The notes under the pieces were generated by a model, which was not told where the DNA came from, searched no databases, and saw nothing but the letters and a program-made list of their open reading frames with translations. This document shows, piece after piece, positions 48,385-58,473 of a DNA stretch of 64,000 nt (positions within the stretch are counted from its first letter, which is position 1; every line of letters begins with the position of its first letter). A program made the translations under genes and the position numbers. The stretch is taken from positions 10,867 to 74,866 of the forward strand of contig CAMTVK010000002.1 in NCBI GenBank assembly GCA_947085185.1. The letters are read 5' to 3'. Origin of the DNA: Candidatus Fraserbacteria bacterium. GTDB lineage: Bacteria > Bipolaricaulota > Bipolaricaulia > RBG-16-55-9 > DRXL01.

Positions 48385-49589
48385 ATGATCTCAAAGCACA
48401 ATACGAGCGCTATCGGCAGCTCATCGCTTCGGAGCCTCTGCCCTTGGCGCTCGTGGACTTAGACGCCCTCGATCATAATATCGAGGTGCTTCTCGCTGAC
48501 GTGCGCCGGCACGGCAAGACCCTAAGACTTGCGTCGAAGTCCGTGCGCTGTCTCTGGCTGCTCAAATATATCACAGAGAAGAGCCAGGGGACGATCCGGG
48601 GTATTCTCAGCTATAGCGTCGCCGAAGCGGCGTTCTTGGCTGAGCACGGCTTCACAGATATCTTGGTCGCCTACCCCACGGTGCAGCCGTCGGACTGTCA
48701 GGTACTGGCGCAGCTCAACGGCCCGACTCAGCGAGTCGCGATCGTGGTAGACTCTGAAGATCATCTTCAAGCGTTGCGCGGTACGCCGGAGCGTCCCATC
48801 CCCGTCGTGATTGAGCTTGATCTGTCGTATCGTCCGTTGGGCGGGCGAGTGCATCTTGGGGCGCGGCGCAGCCCGCTGCGCTCCCCAGAAGCTGTGTTAC
48901 AGCTTGCCCGAAAGATCGCACAGCGAGCGGATCTTAAGTTCTTGGGCGTAATGGGCTATGAAGCCCAGATCGCCGGTGTTGGCGAGAGCACCCCGTTCTC
49001 GCCCCTGCTCAATCCCGCGCGCAAGCTCATAAAAAAGCTTTCACGGCCCGCCGTCGCTCAGATGCGCCAGAGAGTAGCGGAGCTTCTGTGCCAGCACGGT
49101 TTTTCTGTGGAAGTCTTCAACGGCGGGGGCACGGGGAGCGTGGCGTTTGCCAGCGCTGAACCAGCTCTCACCGAAGTGACGGCGGGCTCGGGATTTTTAT
49201 GCAGCCATCTCTTCGATTATTACTCGCACTTAACGCTCAAGCCTGCGATCTTCTTTGCCCTGCAAGTCGTGAGGAGCTCTGACCCTGGGTTTGTGACGTG
49301 TCATGGGGGCGGGTATATTGCGTCGGGGCAGGCGGGAGCAGATCGTCTGCCCGTGCCGTATCTGCCGCCGGGGCTAAAGCTGACGGCGCTTGAGGGTGCC
49401 GGCGAGGTGCAAACTCCGTTGCGCGTCCCCAAGGGCGTGACGCTGCGCCCGGGAGATCCCGTCTTCTTCCGTCATGCCAAGGCCGGCGAGCTCGCCGAGC
49501 ATTTTCACGAATATCTTATAGTTCGGGGCACACAGATCGTGACGAAAGCCCCGACCTATCGGGGCATGGGCCAATGTTTCCTAGGGTGA
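48267..49589 (+). CDS. Alanine-racemase-fold PLP enzyme (COG3616-like D-amino-acid deaminase/aldolase family)
   Basis: PLALVDLDALDHNIEVLL......GKTLRLASKSVRC contains the putative PLP lysine. The start is uncertain. ATG 48267 overlaps the upstream gene by 118 nt and GTG 48348 is an alternative. Confidence 0.55.
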   Translation: MRRVSQERGSVEAAGQAQRWSLRGVAHVGTHNRPVLYKLNDLKAQYERYRQLIASEPLPLALVDLDALDHNIEVLLADVRRHGKTLRLASKSVRCLWLLKYITEKSQGTIRGILSYSVAEAAFLAEHGFTDILVAYPTVQPSDCQVLAQLNGPTQRVAIVVDSEDHLQALRGTPERPIPVVIELDLSYRPLGGRVHLGARRSPLRSPEAVLQLARKIAQRADLKFLGVMGYEAQIAGVGESTPFSPLLNPARKLIKKLSRPAVAQMRQRVAELLCQHGFSVEVFNGGGTGSVAFASAEPALTEVTAGSGFLCSHLFDYYSHLTLKPAIFFALQVVRSSDPGFVTCHGGGYIASGQAGADRLPVPYLPPGLKLTALEGAGEVQTPLRVPKGVTLRPGDPVFFRHAKAGELAEHFHEYLIVRGTQIVTKAPTYRGMGQCFLG

Positions 49590-49595
49590 TCGTCT

Positions 49596-50987
49596 ATGAC
49601 TCTCTCGTATGATTTTATCATCATTGGCTCTGGCACCTCCGGCGGCGTCCTCGCGTATTATCTCACGAAAGCCGGAGCCAAATGCTTGCTCCTTGAGGCG
49701 GGCAAGGCCTTCACCGCCCAAACGTTCCCCAACAACGAGCTGGACTATTCAGCCCAGCTCTTCTGGAACGGTGGGATGGAATTTAATTCCGACGTCACTC
49801 TGGCGTTTCTGCGCGGCAAATGCCTTGGCGGCGGCTCCGTCGTCAATCAGTGTCTTTTAGATCGCTTCGATGACTTCGCGTGGGACCTGTGGCGCAATCT
49901 CTCACATATTGAGTCTTTCACGAGCGCCCACATGGCCCCACACTACGACGAGATCGAGTCCAAGCTCAGCATCCAAGAGATCCCAGAACGCCACTTCAAT
50001 CGCAATGCTCACTTCATGAAAGAGGGCTTCGAGAAGCTGGGCTATCGCTGGAAGCCCCTGCGACGGGGCCAGACAGACTGCAAGCTCGACGAAGGCAACG
50101 ACTGCATGGCGTGTCTGGGGGGCTGCCATCGCAACTCTAAACAGAGCACGCTTGTCACGTTCATCGCGTGGGCGCGCGAGGCGGGCTTAGAAGTCTGGCC
50201 CCAATTTCACGTGGAGCGCCTCGAAGCCACGTCTCAAGTTGTCAAAGTCATTGGAGTACAGGGGGAACAAACACAGAGAGAAGTCAGCGCTCCTAGGGTC
50301 ATTTTAGCTGGGGGGGCTCTAGGCACGACGGCGTTGCTCTTGCGCTCCGGGTTCAAAGAGAAGCTCCCAGCCCTCGGACAGGGCTTCTTCTGTCATCCCC
50401 AATGGATGGTCTTCGCAGTCTTCAATGAGCCCGTTGACGCTCACACGGGCGCATTCCAAGCTATTAAGTCCGACGATCCACGCTTTCGCCACCAGGGGTT
50501 TAAGCTCGAAAATGTCTTCGCCCCGCCCATCAGCGTGGCGATGCTTTTGCCCGGCTTTGGCAAGGCTCATCACGCTCTGATGAGAAAATATCGCTCTATG
50601 GGCTGTATAGAAGTTGCGGTACGCGACACGACCCCCGGCGAGCTCTCGCTGGATCGCTGGGGAAGATTGCTCATACGCAAAGAGCTAGGCGCCGAAGATC
50701 GCAAGCGGCGCCAGGCGGGACTGGCCGTCATAGAAGAGATCTTTCGTGCCGTGGGCGCGCAACAGATCATCGTCTCGTCGGTGGGGTTGGGATTGCACTT
50801 GATGGGCGGCTGCGCCATCGGCACTGATCCCAAAAGTTCTGTCGTCACCGAGCGCTTTCACGTACACGGCTTCCCCAATATCTTCGTGGCGGACTCAAGC
50901 ATCTTCCCTGCAGCCCCGGGGATCAATCCCGCATTGACGATCATGGCTCTCAGTCATCGAGCCAGTCAGTCTATTCTCCAAGGGTGA
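49596..50987 (+). CDS. GMC-family FAD oxidoreductase
   Basis: YDFIIIGSGTSGGVLAYYL (the FAD ADP-binding fold)...GGGSVVN...C-terminal HLMGGCAIG....FVADSSIFP. Confidence 0.8.
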   Translation: MTLSYDFIIIGSGTSGGVLAYYLTKAGAKCLLLEAGKAFTAQTFPNNELDYSAQLFWNGGMEFNSDVTLAFLRGKCLGGGSVVNQCLLDRFDDFAWDLWRNLSHIESFTSAHMAPHYDEIESKLSIQEIPERHFNRNAHFMKEGFEKLGYRWKPLRRGQTDCKLDEGNDCMACLGGCHRNSKQSTLVTFIAWAREAGLEVWPQFHVERLEATSQVVKVIGVQGEQTQREVSAPRVILAGGALGTTALLLRSGFKEKLPALGQGFFCHPQWMVFAVFNEPVDAHTGAFQAIKSDDPRFRHQGFKLENVFAPPISVAMLLPGFGKAHHALMRKYRSMGCIEVAVRDTTPGELSLDRWGRLLIRKELGAEDRKRRQAGLAVIEEIFRAVGAQQIIVSSVGLGLHLMGGCAIGTDPKSSVVTERFHVHGFPNIFVADSSIFPAAPGINPALTIMALSHRASQSILQG

Positions 50988-51361
50988 GCGCTATGTCTCA
51001 GTTTCTTGGCCCAAGAGAGCTTGCGGCGCTGGAGCGCATCGGCGATCTCATGCTCCCTGGGGATGTGGAGTTCCCGCCCTTCTCCCAGACGGGCTGCATC
51101 GCATTCGTAGACGATCTGCTGCGCTTCATGGGCACCAAAGATCGTGATGACTTAAGAACCCTTCTCAAGATGCTCTCATTCGTGCCGACCCCGCTGGTGC
51201 GCGCGTTCCTTGGGCTCTGTCAAACGCGCTGGACCCCGACGCTGCGCATGATCGAGCTGGGCTTGAAAGGGCTCGTTATGAGCTTGTACTATTCTCACAA
51301 GACTGCCCCTAGTGGGCGCAAGCCGCTCGATGTAATCGGCTTTGCTCTGCGGCGCTTGTAA
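50984..51361 (+). CDS. Small protein coupled to the GMC oxidoreductase (gluconate 2-dehydrogenase subunit-3-like?)
   Basis: It has a 4-nt overlap with the upstream gene. LERIGDLMLPGD resembles the subunit-3 family motif. Confidence 0.35.
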   Translation: MSAMSQFLGPRELAALERIGDLMLPGDVEFPPFSQTGCIAFVDDLLRFMGTKDRDDLRTLLKMLSFVPTPLVRAFLGLCQTRWTPTLRMIELGLKGLVMSLYYSHKTAPSGRKPLDVIGFALRRL

Positions 51362-51397
51362 AGTCCGTCAATTTGTGCTATACATAGCAAAACGATC

Positions 51398-52942
51398 ATG
51401 TTCGCGAAAGCTCTCAGCGGGGCAGTTGTTGGTATCGACGCGGAGCTCATCGAGGTGCAGTGCGATATTGCGCTGGGGCTGCCAAGCTTTACTATCGTTG
51501 GGCTGCCCCAAAAAGAAGTCCAAGAGAGCCGCGAGCGCATCCGCAGCGCCCTCAAGAATGCGGGCTTCGACTTCCCCGCCAAAAGAATCACAGTCAATTT
51601 AGCGCCCGCGGATCTCCCAAAAGAAGGAGTCGGGCTTGATCTTCCCTTGGCGTTGGCGATCTTGGTTGCGACGGGACAGATCTCCGGCGAGCGCCTTACG
51701 AACTTCTTGGCGTTGGGCGAACTGTCGCTGGACGGCCAGGTGCGCCCGGTCAAGGGTGTGCTCCCTATAGCTTTAGCGGCGCGCACGCATACTCTGAAGG
51801 GCATCATCGTCCCCGCGAGCAATGCGAAAGAAGCTGCCATCATCTCGTCTTTAGAAGTCTACGCCGTCGAGAATCTCCGGCAAGCCATTGCGTTTCTCAA
51901 TGGCGAACTCGAGCTGAAACCGACCGTTGCTGAGCCGGCGCTGTTTGCTCATAATGATCGGCTCTATGACTGCGATCTCAGCGAGATCAAAGGCCAAGAA
52001 CAAGCCAAGCGAGCTCTTGAAGTTGCTGCCGCCGGGGGACATAATATTCTCTTCATTGGGCCGCCGGGCTCAGGCAAGAGCATGCTGGCCAAGCGCTTGC
52101 CCACGATCTTGCCCCCGCTGTCGTTTGAGGAATCGCTCGAAGTGACAAAGATTTACAGTATTCTTGGGCTGCTGCCCTCCGACCGTCCTTTGATGCTGAC
52201 GCGGCCCTTCCGGGCGCCGCACCATACAGTGTCGTATGCGGGCATGGTCGGAGGTGGGCACGGGCAGCCGCGCCCCGGCGAGATCTCGCTCGCTCATCAT
52301 GGGGTCTTGTTCTTAGATGAGCTTCCCGAGTTTGAGCGCGACGTCTTGGAGACGCTGCGGCAGCCCCTCGAAGAGCGGGTGGTGACGCTCTCGCGGGCTG
52401 CGGCAGCCCTGACGTTCCCCGCGAATTTTATGCTCGTCGCCGCGATGAACCCCTGCCCCTGCGGCCACCGGGGAGATGCGAAAAAGCCCTGCCGCTGCAG
52501 CCCTCTCGATATCAAGCGCTACCGCAAGCGGATTTCCGGCCCGTTTCTTGATAGAATAGATATATTCGTGGAGGTGCCACGACTGACGAAAGAAGAACTC
52601 ATGGGCAAGCCCGCCGGCGAAAGCTCAGGCGCGGTGCGGGCGCGAGTGGAGCGAGCGCGCCGGATCCAGAGCGAGCGCTTCCAAGGGCAGAAGATCTTCG
52701 CCAACGCGCAGATGGGGATTCGCGAAGTGCGGCTCTATTGTCCGCTGGAGCAGAACGCTCAGGCGCTTCTAGAGCGGGCCATCGAACACTTGAATTTGAG
52801 CGCGCGCGCCTACCATCGTGTGCTCAAAGTCGCGCGCACGATCGCAGACTTGGAGCAGTCGGAGATCATTAAAGCCGCGCATGTTGCTGAAGCAATCCAA
52901 TACCGAAGCTCAGAAGAGAGCGTTCTCGAAGGAGGTATGTAA
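51398..52942 (+). CDS. comM: YifB/ComM-family Mg-chelatase-like AAA+ ATPase
   Basis: N-terminal Lon-like domain (VGLPQKEVQESRERI), Walker A GPPGSGKSM, Walker B LFLDELPEF, and a Cys cluster NPCPCG.....C.C. Confidence 0.9.
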   Translation: MFAKALSGAVVGIDAELIEVQCDIALGLPSFTIVGLPQKEVQESRERIRSALKNAGFDFPAKRITVNLAPADLPKEGVGLDLPLALAILVATGQISGERLTNFLALGELSLDGQVRPVKGVLPIALAARTHTLKGIIVPASNAKEAAIISSLEVYAVENLRQAIAFLNGELELKPTVAEPALFAHNDRLYDCDLSEIKGQEQAKRALEVAAAGGHNILFIGPPGSGKSMLAKRLPTILPPLSFEESLEVTKIYSILGLLPSDRPLMLTRPFRAPHHTVSYAGMVGGGHGQPRPGEISLAHHGVLFLDELPEFERDVLETLRQPLEERVVTLSRAAAALTFPANFMLVAAMNPCPCGHRGDAKKPCRCSPLDIKRYRKRISGPFLDRIDIFVEVPRLTKEELMGKPAGESSGAVRARVERARRIQSERFQGQKIFANAQMGIREVRLYCPLEQNAQALLERAIEHLNLSARAYHRVLKVARTIADLEQSEIIKAAHVAEAIQYRSSEESVLEGGM

Positions 52943-55189
52943 GTGCGTCACACAATCACTATTGGCGTATGGGTAGGGATGGTTGTGCTTGGGGTGGCTC
53001 TCGCCATGGCGCAAGAGACGGCCTACACCGTGAGAGAGGTCCTGATCACGGGGAATAAAGCCCTGACCAAGCGCGAGATCTACGATGCTCTACCGTTCAA
53101 TATTGGCTCGCGCATTACTATAGCCGATGTCGAGAAAGGGGCTGCGGCCCTGCGGGCTCTGGGAACACTAGAAAAAGTCGAGGCCGATTATAGAATTATC
53201 TCCAACAGCATCCGCGTGATCTATCGCGTCGTGGAGAACCCCATCGTCAAGAAGATCGAATTCACGGGGAACGAGAGCTATCAGTTCTATCTGATAGATA
53301 TCTGGGGGATCAGGCTCTTCCCGTACAAGATGAAGCTAGCACGGCGCGACGAACTGATCGACGCGCTGCGCGAGGCCAAGGTCGAAGAGAACAAGCCACT
53401 CAATATACGATGGTTCGACGACAAGATCATCGAGAACACGATCACGCAGTTCTATCTCAAGAAGGGCTATACGTTCATTGGGGTAGACCTGGTCTTCAAC
53501 CGCGAGAAGCAGATCCTGACTATTCAGATCGTAGAGGGCAAGCTCGATGGCGTCGAGATCCGCGGGCTCCAAGAAGTCCCAGAGTCTCTCGTCAAGCCCT
53601 GGTTACAGCTCCCCGTGGGGGAACCAGTCAAGATCGCCCCTATCCAAGAAGCAATCAAAGCGCTCAACAAGTCGGTCTACTTTCAGCCGACCGACGAGCA
53701 GACTCTTGGGATCGAACAAGGGAGCAAGCCTAACACCGTGAAGATCATTTGGAACCTCAAGGAGCGCCGTCTCCTCGATGCGCCCACGGAGATCCGCGCG
53801 ATCCGGCTCTCCGGCGCTACAGTCTATACGCCCGATCAGCTCCATGCCCTCATAGGAAAGCTCCCCCAAGGACCAGTCAATAACTTCACACTGCTCACTG
53901 CGCTCAAGCGCGTCTACGATCTCTATCGCATGGAAGGCTATATCTTGGCCAACTTCGTGAGGGAGTCTCTTGCCGACGGGGTGCTCACCGTGCGCATCAC
54001 CGAGGGGAGGATCGTCAAGGTCACGATCTCCAATGCGTGTAAGCCCGGCGCCAAATCCGTGATCATCCCCAACGTCATAGAGCTTCCCCGACAGTGTACC
54101 TCGGAGATGGTCATCCGCAAAGCGTTGCGCCTGAGAGAAGGGGATCTGATCAATGAGAACCCCCTGCGCGATAGCTTCAGGAATCTCCTGCAGTTGGGCT
54201 ACTTCAAAGGTGATGGGGTCAACATCCAGCCCAAGGTGCTCGACGAATCGACCGGGGAAGTCGAGCTTCTCGTCAGCGTCGTCGAGGAAGATCAGTTGGG
54301 GAATCTCAAGGGTGGAGTGAGCTATAATCCCCAGATGGGGCTGGTCGGACAGATCAGCGTGGGATGGAAGAATATCTTAGGGACAGCGCAAGACGTAGAC
54401 CTGTCGCTTGACCGGGGTCTGATAGGCAAAGATGTGCTCAATTACTCGTTTAGCTACAAGACCACGGCGTACTTCAAGGAGTACAATTCTCTCGAGATTT
54501 CGCTCTTCAATAACACTTCTCAGCAGACTGACCCCAAGCCCCACGAGATGACTAAATCCGGGGCGACGTTCGCCGTCAGCTATCCCGTGAGATCGGACCT
54601 CACGCTGACGCTGCGCTTCCGATACGAGCACGTCTGGAAAGCTGAGCCCATGAACGAGAAGAGTTTGATCATGTCAGTAGGGCTGGACATCGTGCGGGAT
54701 ACGCGCAACAACCCGATCTTCCCGACGTCAGGGGGCGAAGTGATCTTCATAGGTGAGCAGGCGGGCAAGTTCGCCGTGGGCACGGAGTTCACCAAGCTCC
54801 AGGGGATCTGGACGCATCACTGGCGGACGCTGGAGCGCCAGACGATCTCCGTGAGGCTCTATGGAGCTCTGGGGCTGAGCTTGCCTTCCCAAGAGCGTTT
54901 CGGCTTTGGCGGCGTCATGACGGTGCGCGGCTGGGAGATGCGCTTTGCGGATCAGTTTGCCTTGACGAATCTTGAGTATCGCATGGAGCTTGCTGAGAAT
55001 ATCTGGGGCGTCTTCTACTATGATGTCGGATGGGCGAAGGAGGTGGGATGGCGCCAGTCGCTCGGCTTTGAGATGCGCCTGGTGACGGGCTTTATCGGGA
55101 ACGTGCGATTTATCTTGGCCTGGCCGTTCTACGAGACAGGGTTACAGATCGCACCGGTCTTCCAATTTGGTTTTGGCACGATGTTCTAA
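52943..55189 (+). CDS. bamA: Outer membrane protein assembly factor BamA (Omp85 family)
   Basis: A signal/anchor, then repeated POTRA-like units (V.EV.I.GN......I), then a C-terminal beta-barrel ending ...PVFQFGFGTMF. The GTG start follows an AAGGAGG Shine-Dalgarno. Confidence 0.8.
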   Translation: MRHTITIGVWVGMVVLGVALAMAQETAYTVREVLITGNKALTKREIYDALPFNIGSRITIADVEKGAAALRALGTLEKVEADYRIISNSIRVIYRVVENPIVKKIEFTGNESYQFYLIDIWGIRLFPYKMKLARRDELIDALREAKVEENKPLNIRWFDDKIIENTITQFYLKKGYTFIGVDLVFNREKQILTIQIVEGKLDGVEIRGLQEVPESLVKPWLQLPVGEPVKIAPIQEAIKALNKSVYFQPTDEQTLGIEQGSKPNTVKIIWNLKERRLLDAPTEIRAIRLSGATVYTPDQLHALIGKLPQGPVNNFTLLTALKRVYDLYRMEGYILANFVRESLADGVLTVRITEGRIVKVTISNACKPGAKSVIIPNVIELPRQCTSEMVIRKALRLREGDLINENPLRDSFRNLLQLGYFKGDGVNIQPKVLDESTGEVELLVSVVEEDQLGNLKGGVSYNPQMGLVGQISVGWKNILGTAQDVDLSLDRGLIGKDVLNYSFSYKTTAYFKEYNSLEISLFNNTSQQTDPKPHEMTKSGATFAVSYPVRSDLTLTLRFRYEHVWKAEPMNEKSLIMSVGLDIVRDTRNNPIFPTSGGEVIFIGEQAGKFAVGTEFTKLQGIWTHHWRTLERQTISVRLYGALGLSLPSQERFGFGGVMTVRGWEMRFADQFALTNLEYRMELAENIWGVFYYDVGWAKEVGWRQSLGFEMRLVTGFIGNVRFILAWPFYETGLQIAPVFQFGFGTMF

Positions 55190-55215
55190 ATCCTATCGCA
55201 AAGGAGGCACACTAT

Positions 55216-55761
55216 ATGCGACAACTCTTTATGGGGCTGGGGTTGTTAGCTGTAATCTTTCTGGCAGGAGGCTGCCAATCGCAGGGTGGGGCGCAGGATA
55301 TCGACGATCTGCGCGCGAGGGTGGACAAGCTCGAGCAGACAGTCCAAGATCTGAAGGCCCAATTGGCCAAGGGCGGATCCGGGCTGCGCATTGCGTATAT
55401 TAACGCGGAAAAAGTCTTTCAAGATTACAAGCGCACCAGCGAGGCCGTCGCGAAATTTCGCGCCGAAGCTGAGAAGAAACAGGGCGAGCTCAAGGCCCTC
55501 CAAGACAAGTTCAAGAAGGGCCTGATGAGCGAGGACGAGTTTCAGCGGGGGGCAGCACGCCTGCAACAAGAGCTCCAGATGCTTGATCTTCAGCTGACTT
55601 CAGAAATCCAGAGCGAGATGATCAAGGTCGTCGAGCAGATCGCCAAGGAGAGAGGGTATCACTGGGTGACGCAGCGCAAGGACGTCGTCCTGTATGCCGA
55701 CCCAAATGCGCTCGAAGATATCACGTATGATGTCCTGAAGATCCTCAACCAAGGACAGTAA
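55216..55761 (+). CDS. skp: OmpH/Skp-family periplasmic chaperone
   Basis: A lipobox-like LAGGC, a coiled-coil-rich sequence, and its position directly after bamA. Confidence 0.75.
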   Translation: MRQLFMGLGLLAVIFLAGGCQSQGGAQDIDDLRARVDKLEQTVQDLKAQLAKGGSGLRIAYINAEKVFQDYKRTSEAVAKFRAEAEKKQGELKALQDKFKKGLMSEDEFQRGAARLQQELQMLDLQLTSEIQSEMIKVVEQIAKERGYHWVTQRKDVVLYADPNALEDITYDVLKILNQGQ

Positions 55762-55796
55762 GAGCGTGAAAAACTTCAAGAGCACTCTGCACCGTT

Positions 55797-56222
55797 ATGA
55801 CGACAGATGAGATCCGGCGCATCTTGCCACATCGTTACCCGTTCTTGTTGGTCGACCGAGTGCTGGAATGGGGCGAGCGGCGCGTACGCACGCTCAAGAA
55901 CGTCACCCATAATGAGCCGTTCTTTGCCGGGCATTTCCCGGAGCAGCCGATCATGCCCGGCGTCTTGATCTTAGAGGGCATGGCCCAGACCGTAGGGCTT
56001 CTCATAAGTCGGGAGCAGCCAGGTCGCAGCGGCTACTTGGTCGGAGTGGACCATGCGCGCTTCCGCCGCCCCGTCCAGCCAGGAGATCAAATCGTCTATG
56101 AAGCCGAACTCGAACGCGGCCGTCAAGGGTTCTACCGAGCACGGGTCCAAGCCAGCGTCAACGGAACTCCTGTGGCGCAAGCCCTGTTGTCGGTCGCTGT
56201 CAACACTCAAGAGCAGCTATGA
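55797..56222 (+). CDS. fabZ: 3-hydroxyacyl-ACP dehydratase FabZ
   Basis: ILPHRYPFLLVDRV........K.VT.NEPFF.GHFP..PIMPGVLILEGMAQ. Confidence 0.93.
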   Translation: MTTDEIRRILPHRYPFLLVDRVLEWGERRVRTLKNVTHNEPFFAGHFPEQPIMPGVLILEGMAQTVGLLISREQPGRSGYLVGVDHARFRRPVQPGDQIVYEAELERGRQGFYRARVQASVNGTPVAQALLSVAVNTQEQL

Positions 56223-57130
56223 AACGCTTAGTCGAGTGCGTCCCCAATATCAGCGAAGGGCGCGATCACGCAAAAATTGACACGATCGTCGCTGCGGTAA
56301 GAGAGACCCCAGGAGTTCTTCTGCTCGACGTTGATCCCGACGCCGACCACAATCGCACGGTCATCACGTTCGTGGGCGAACCCCAAGCGATAGAATCAGC
56401 TGTCTTAAACTTAGTTGCTCAGGCCGTCGCCTTGATAGATCTTACGAAGCACAAAGGGGAACATCCGCGCATGGGAGCTGTGGACGTCATCCCGTTCGTG
56501 CCGTTGCGAGGGGTGAAAAAGCACGAGTGCATTGAGCTCGCCCAACGAGTCGGCCAAGCGATCTGGGAGAGATTCAAAGTCCCGATCTATCTCTATGGAG
56601 ACGCGGCGACCCGCCCCGAACGCAAGGATCTCGCCAACATCCGCAAGGGGGAGTTTGAAAACTTCTTCGCGAAGATTCAAGAGCCCGACTGGGCTCCCGA
56701 TTTTGGGGAAAGAAGAGTTCATCCGACGGCCGGCGTCAGCGCTGTGGGCGTGCGCCCTCCCTTGATCGCGTTCAACGTCAATCTGGGCACGAACAACTTA
56801 GATATTGCGAAACAGATCGCCAAAGCCGTGCGGGGCTCCGACGGCGGGCTGCGCTACGTCAAAGCGCTCGGGTTCGCTCTTGAAGGGCGGGGCATCGTTC
56901 AAGTCTCTATGAATTTGACGAACTTTGAGAAGACCCCGATCTATCAGGTCTTTGAGCTGATCAAGTGCGAGGCCGACCGCTGGGGGGTTCCTATTGTAGG
57001 GAGCGAGATCGTGGGGCTTGTCCCCCAGGCAGCCCTCCTTCAAGTCGCCGAGCATTTCCTCAGGCTCGAGAACTTCAGCTATGACCAAGTGTTAGAGAAT
57101 AGACTGACTCAGTGTCTTGAAGAGTCGTGA
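56219..57130 (+). CDS. ftcD: Glutamate formimidoyltransferase
   Basis: LVECVPNISEGRD....D.I........V.LLDV..D.DHNRTV.T.VG. Confidence 0.85.
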   Translation: MKRLVECVPNISEGRDHAKIDTIVAAVRETPGVLLLDVDPDADHNRTVITFVGEPQAIESAVLNLVAQAVALIDLTKHKGEHPRMGAVDVIPFVPLRGVKKHECIELAQRVGQAIWERFKVPIYLYGDAATRPERKDLANIRKGEFENFFAKIQEPDWAPDFGERRVHPTAGVSAVGVRPPLIAFNVNLGTNNLDIAKQIAKAVRGSDGGLRYVKALGFALEGRGIVQVSMNLTNFEKTPIYQVFELIKCEADRWGVPIVGSEIVGLVPQAALLQVAEHFLRLENFSYDQVLENRLTQCLEES

Positions 57131-57175
57131 CTCTCTTCCTTGCTTGTGCGGCCCAAGGGCTGATAGCATTGAGCT

Positions 57176-58465
57176 GTGAACTTCAAGCGTGTGACGATCT
57201 TAGGAGCGGGGCGCAGCGGCATAGCTGCTGCTTGCGCGCTCCACGCCCTGGGCGTTGAAGTCTTCGTCAGCGAGCAGGCAGCGCTCTCGCCGTGGGCTCG
57301 GCACCAGCTGAGTCAGCTTCGCATCTCTTTTGAGGAACACGGCCACACTGAGCACGCGCTCGCTCACGCGCAGCTCGTCGTGCTCTCCCCTGGAGTCCCC
57401 ATCGCTGCTCCTATCGTGCAACGCGCTCGTGCTTTGGGCATCCCCGTCTGGGGCGAATTGGAGCTTGCCTATCGGCTTTGCCCCAGCAAACAGATCATTG
57501 CTGTAACGGGCACCAACGGCAAGAGCACCACGACAAAACTCATCGAAGCGCTGCTTACCCAAAGCGGGCTGAGAGCGCTCAGCGCGGGCAACATCGGGAC
57601 ACCGCTTGCCGCACGGCTCCGCGAGATCACCCCGGACACTCTAGTCGTCCTTGAAGTGAGCAGCTTCCAGTTGGAGTCTATCGAGCGATTTCGGCCCACT
57701 GTTGCTGTGCTCTTGAACGTCGCGCCGAACCATCTGGACCGCCACGGCACGTTCGAAGAGTATCTCTCTAGCAAATGTCGGATCTTTGAGAACCACACTG
57801 AGCATGACACTCTCGTGCTTCCGAGAAGTCTTCTCTTACCGAAGCGTCCCCGCTCGCGCGTAGTCTATTATGACGATATCCTCCCAGAGCTCAGTCATCT
57901 GAACGTGCCTGCTCATTTGAGAGAAAACACGGCAGCCGCCCTGGCCGCCTGTCGAGTCTTCGTGCCTTCTCTGGCTCCCCCAGATGCAGAGATCTTCGCA
58001 CGGGTGCGCTTATCTCATCGCCAAGAGTTCATCGCGGAGATCAATGGGGTGAAATTCTACGACGATTCCAAGGCGACGACCGTCCATGCGACGCTGGCGG
58101 CACTCGATGCTTTTGCAGGGCCGTTGGTCTTGATCTTAGGAGGGCGCAATAAGAATTTAGACTTTGCCCCGCTTGTGCAAGCCTTGCGCTCCAAGCAAAT
58201 CTGCGAGATTCTCTTAATCGGAGAAGCTGCGCCCCAGATCGCTCAGGCGCTCCAAGCCGCGCAGATCACTCAGTTCTCGTTCGTGGGAGACTTTTCTGAA
58301 GCCGTCGAGCGTGCGCTGCGCTATCCAGGAGCGACATGCCTGCTTTCCCCAGCATGTGCGAGCTTCGATCAATTTAAGAACTATGAGGAGCGCGGGCGTG
58401 TCTTTCGTGAGGCCGTCCTGCGAGCCCAGCAGCTCACTCTGACTTCTCCCCCACAAGCGATATAA
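57176..58465 (+). CDS. murD: UDP-N-acetylmuramoylalanine--D-glutamate ligase
   Basis: KRVTILGAGRSGIAAA, VTGTNGKSTTT and DDSKATT. GTG start. Confidence 0.9.
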   Translation: MNFKRVTILGAGRSGIAAACALHALGVEVFVSEQAALSPWARHQLSQLRISFEEHGHTEHALAHAQLVVLSPGVPIAAPIVQRARALGIPVWGELELAYRLCPSKQIIAVTGTNGKSTTTKLIEALLTQSGLRALSAGNIGTPLAARLREITPDTLVVLEVSSFQLESIERFRPTVAVLLNVAPNHLDRHGTFEEYLSSKCRIFENHTEHDTLVLPRSLLLPKRPRSRVVYYDDILPELSHLNVPAHLRENTAAALAACRVFVPSLAPPDAEIFARVRLSHRQEFIAEINGVKFYDDSKATTVHATLAALDAFAGPLVLILGGRNKNLDFAPLVQALRSKQICEILLIGEAAPQIAQALQAAQITQFSFVGDFSEAVERALRYPGATCLLSPACASFDQFKNYEERGRVFREAVLRAQQLTLTSPPQAI

Positions 58466-58473
58466 TTAATGTG

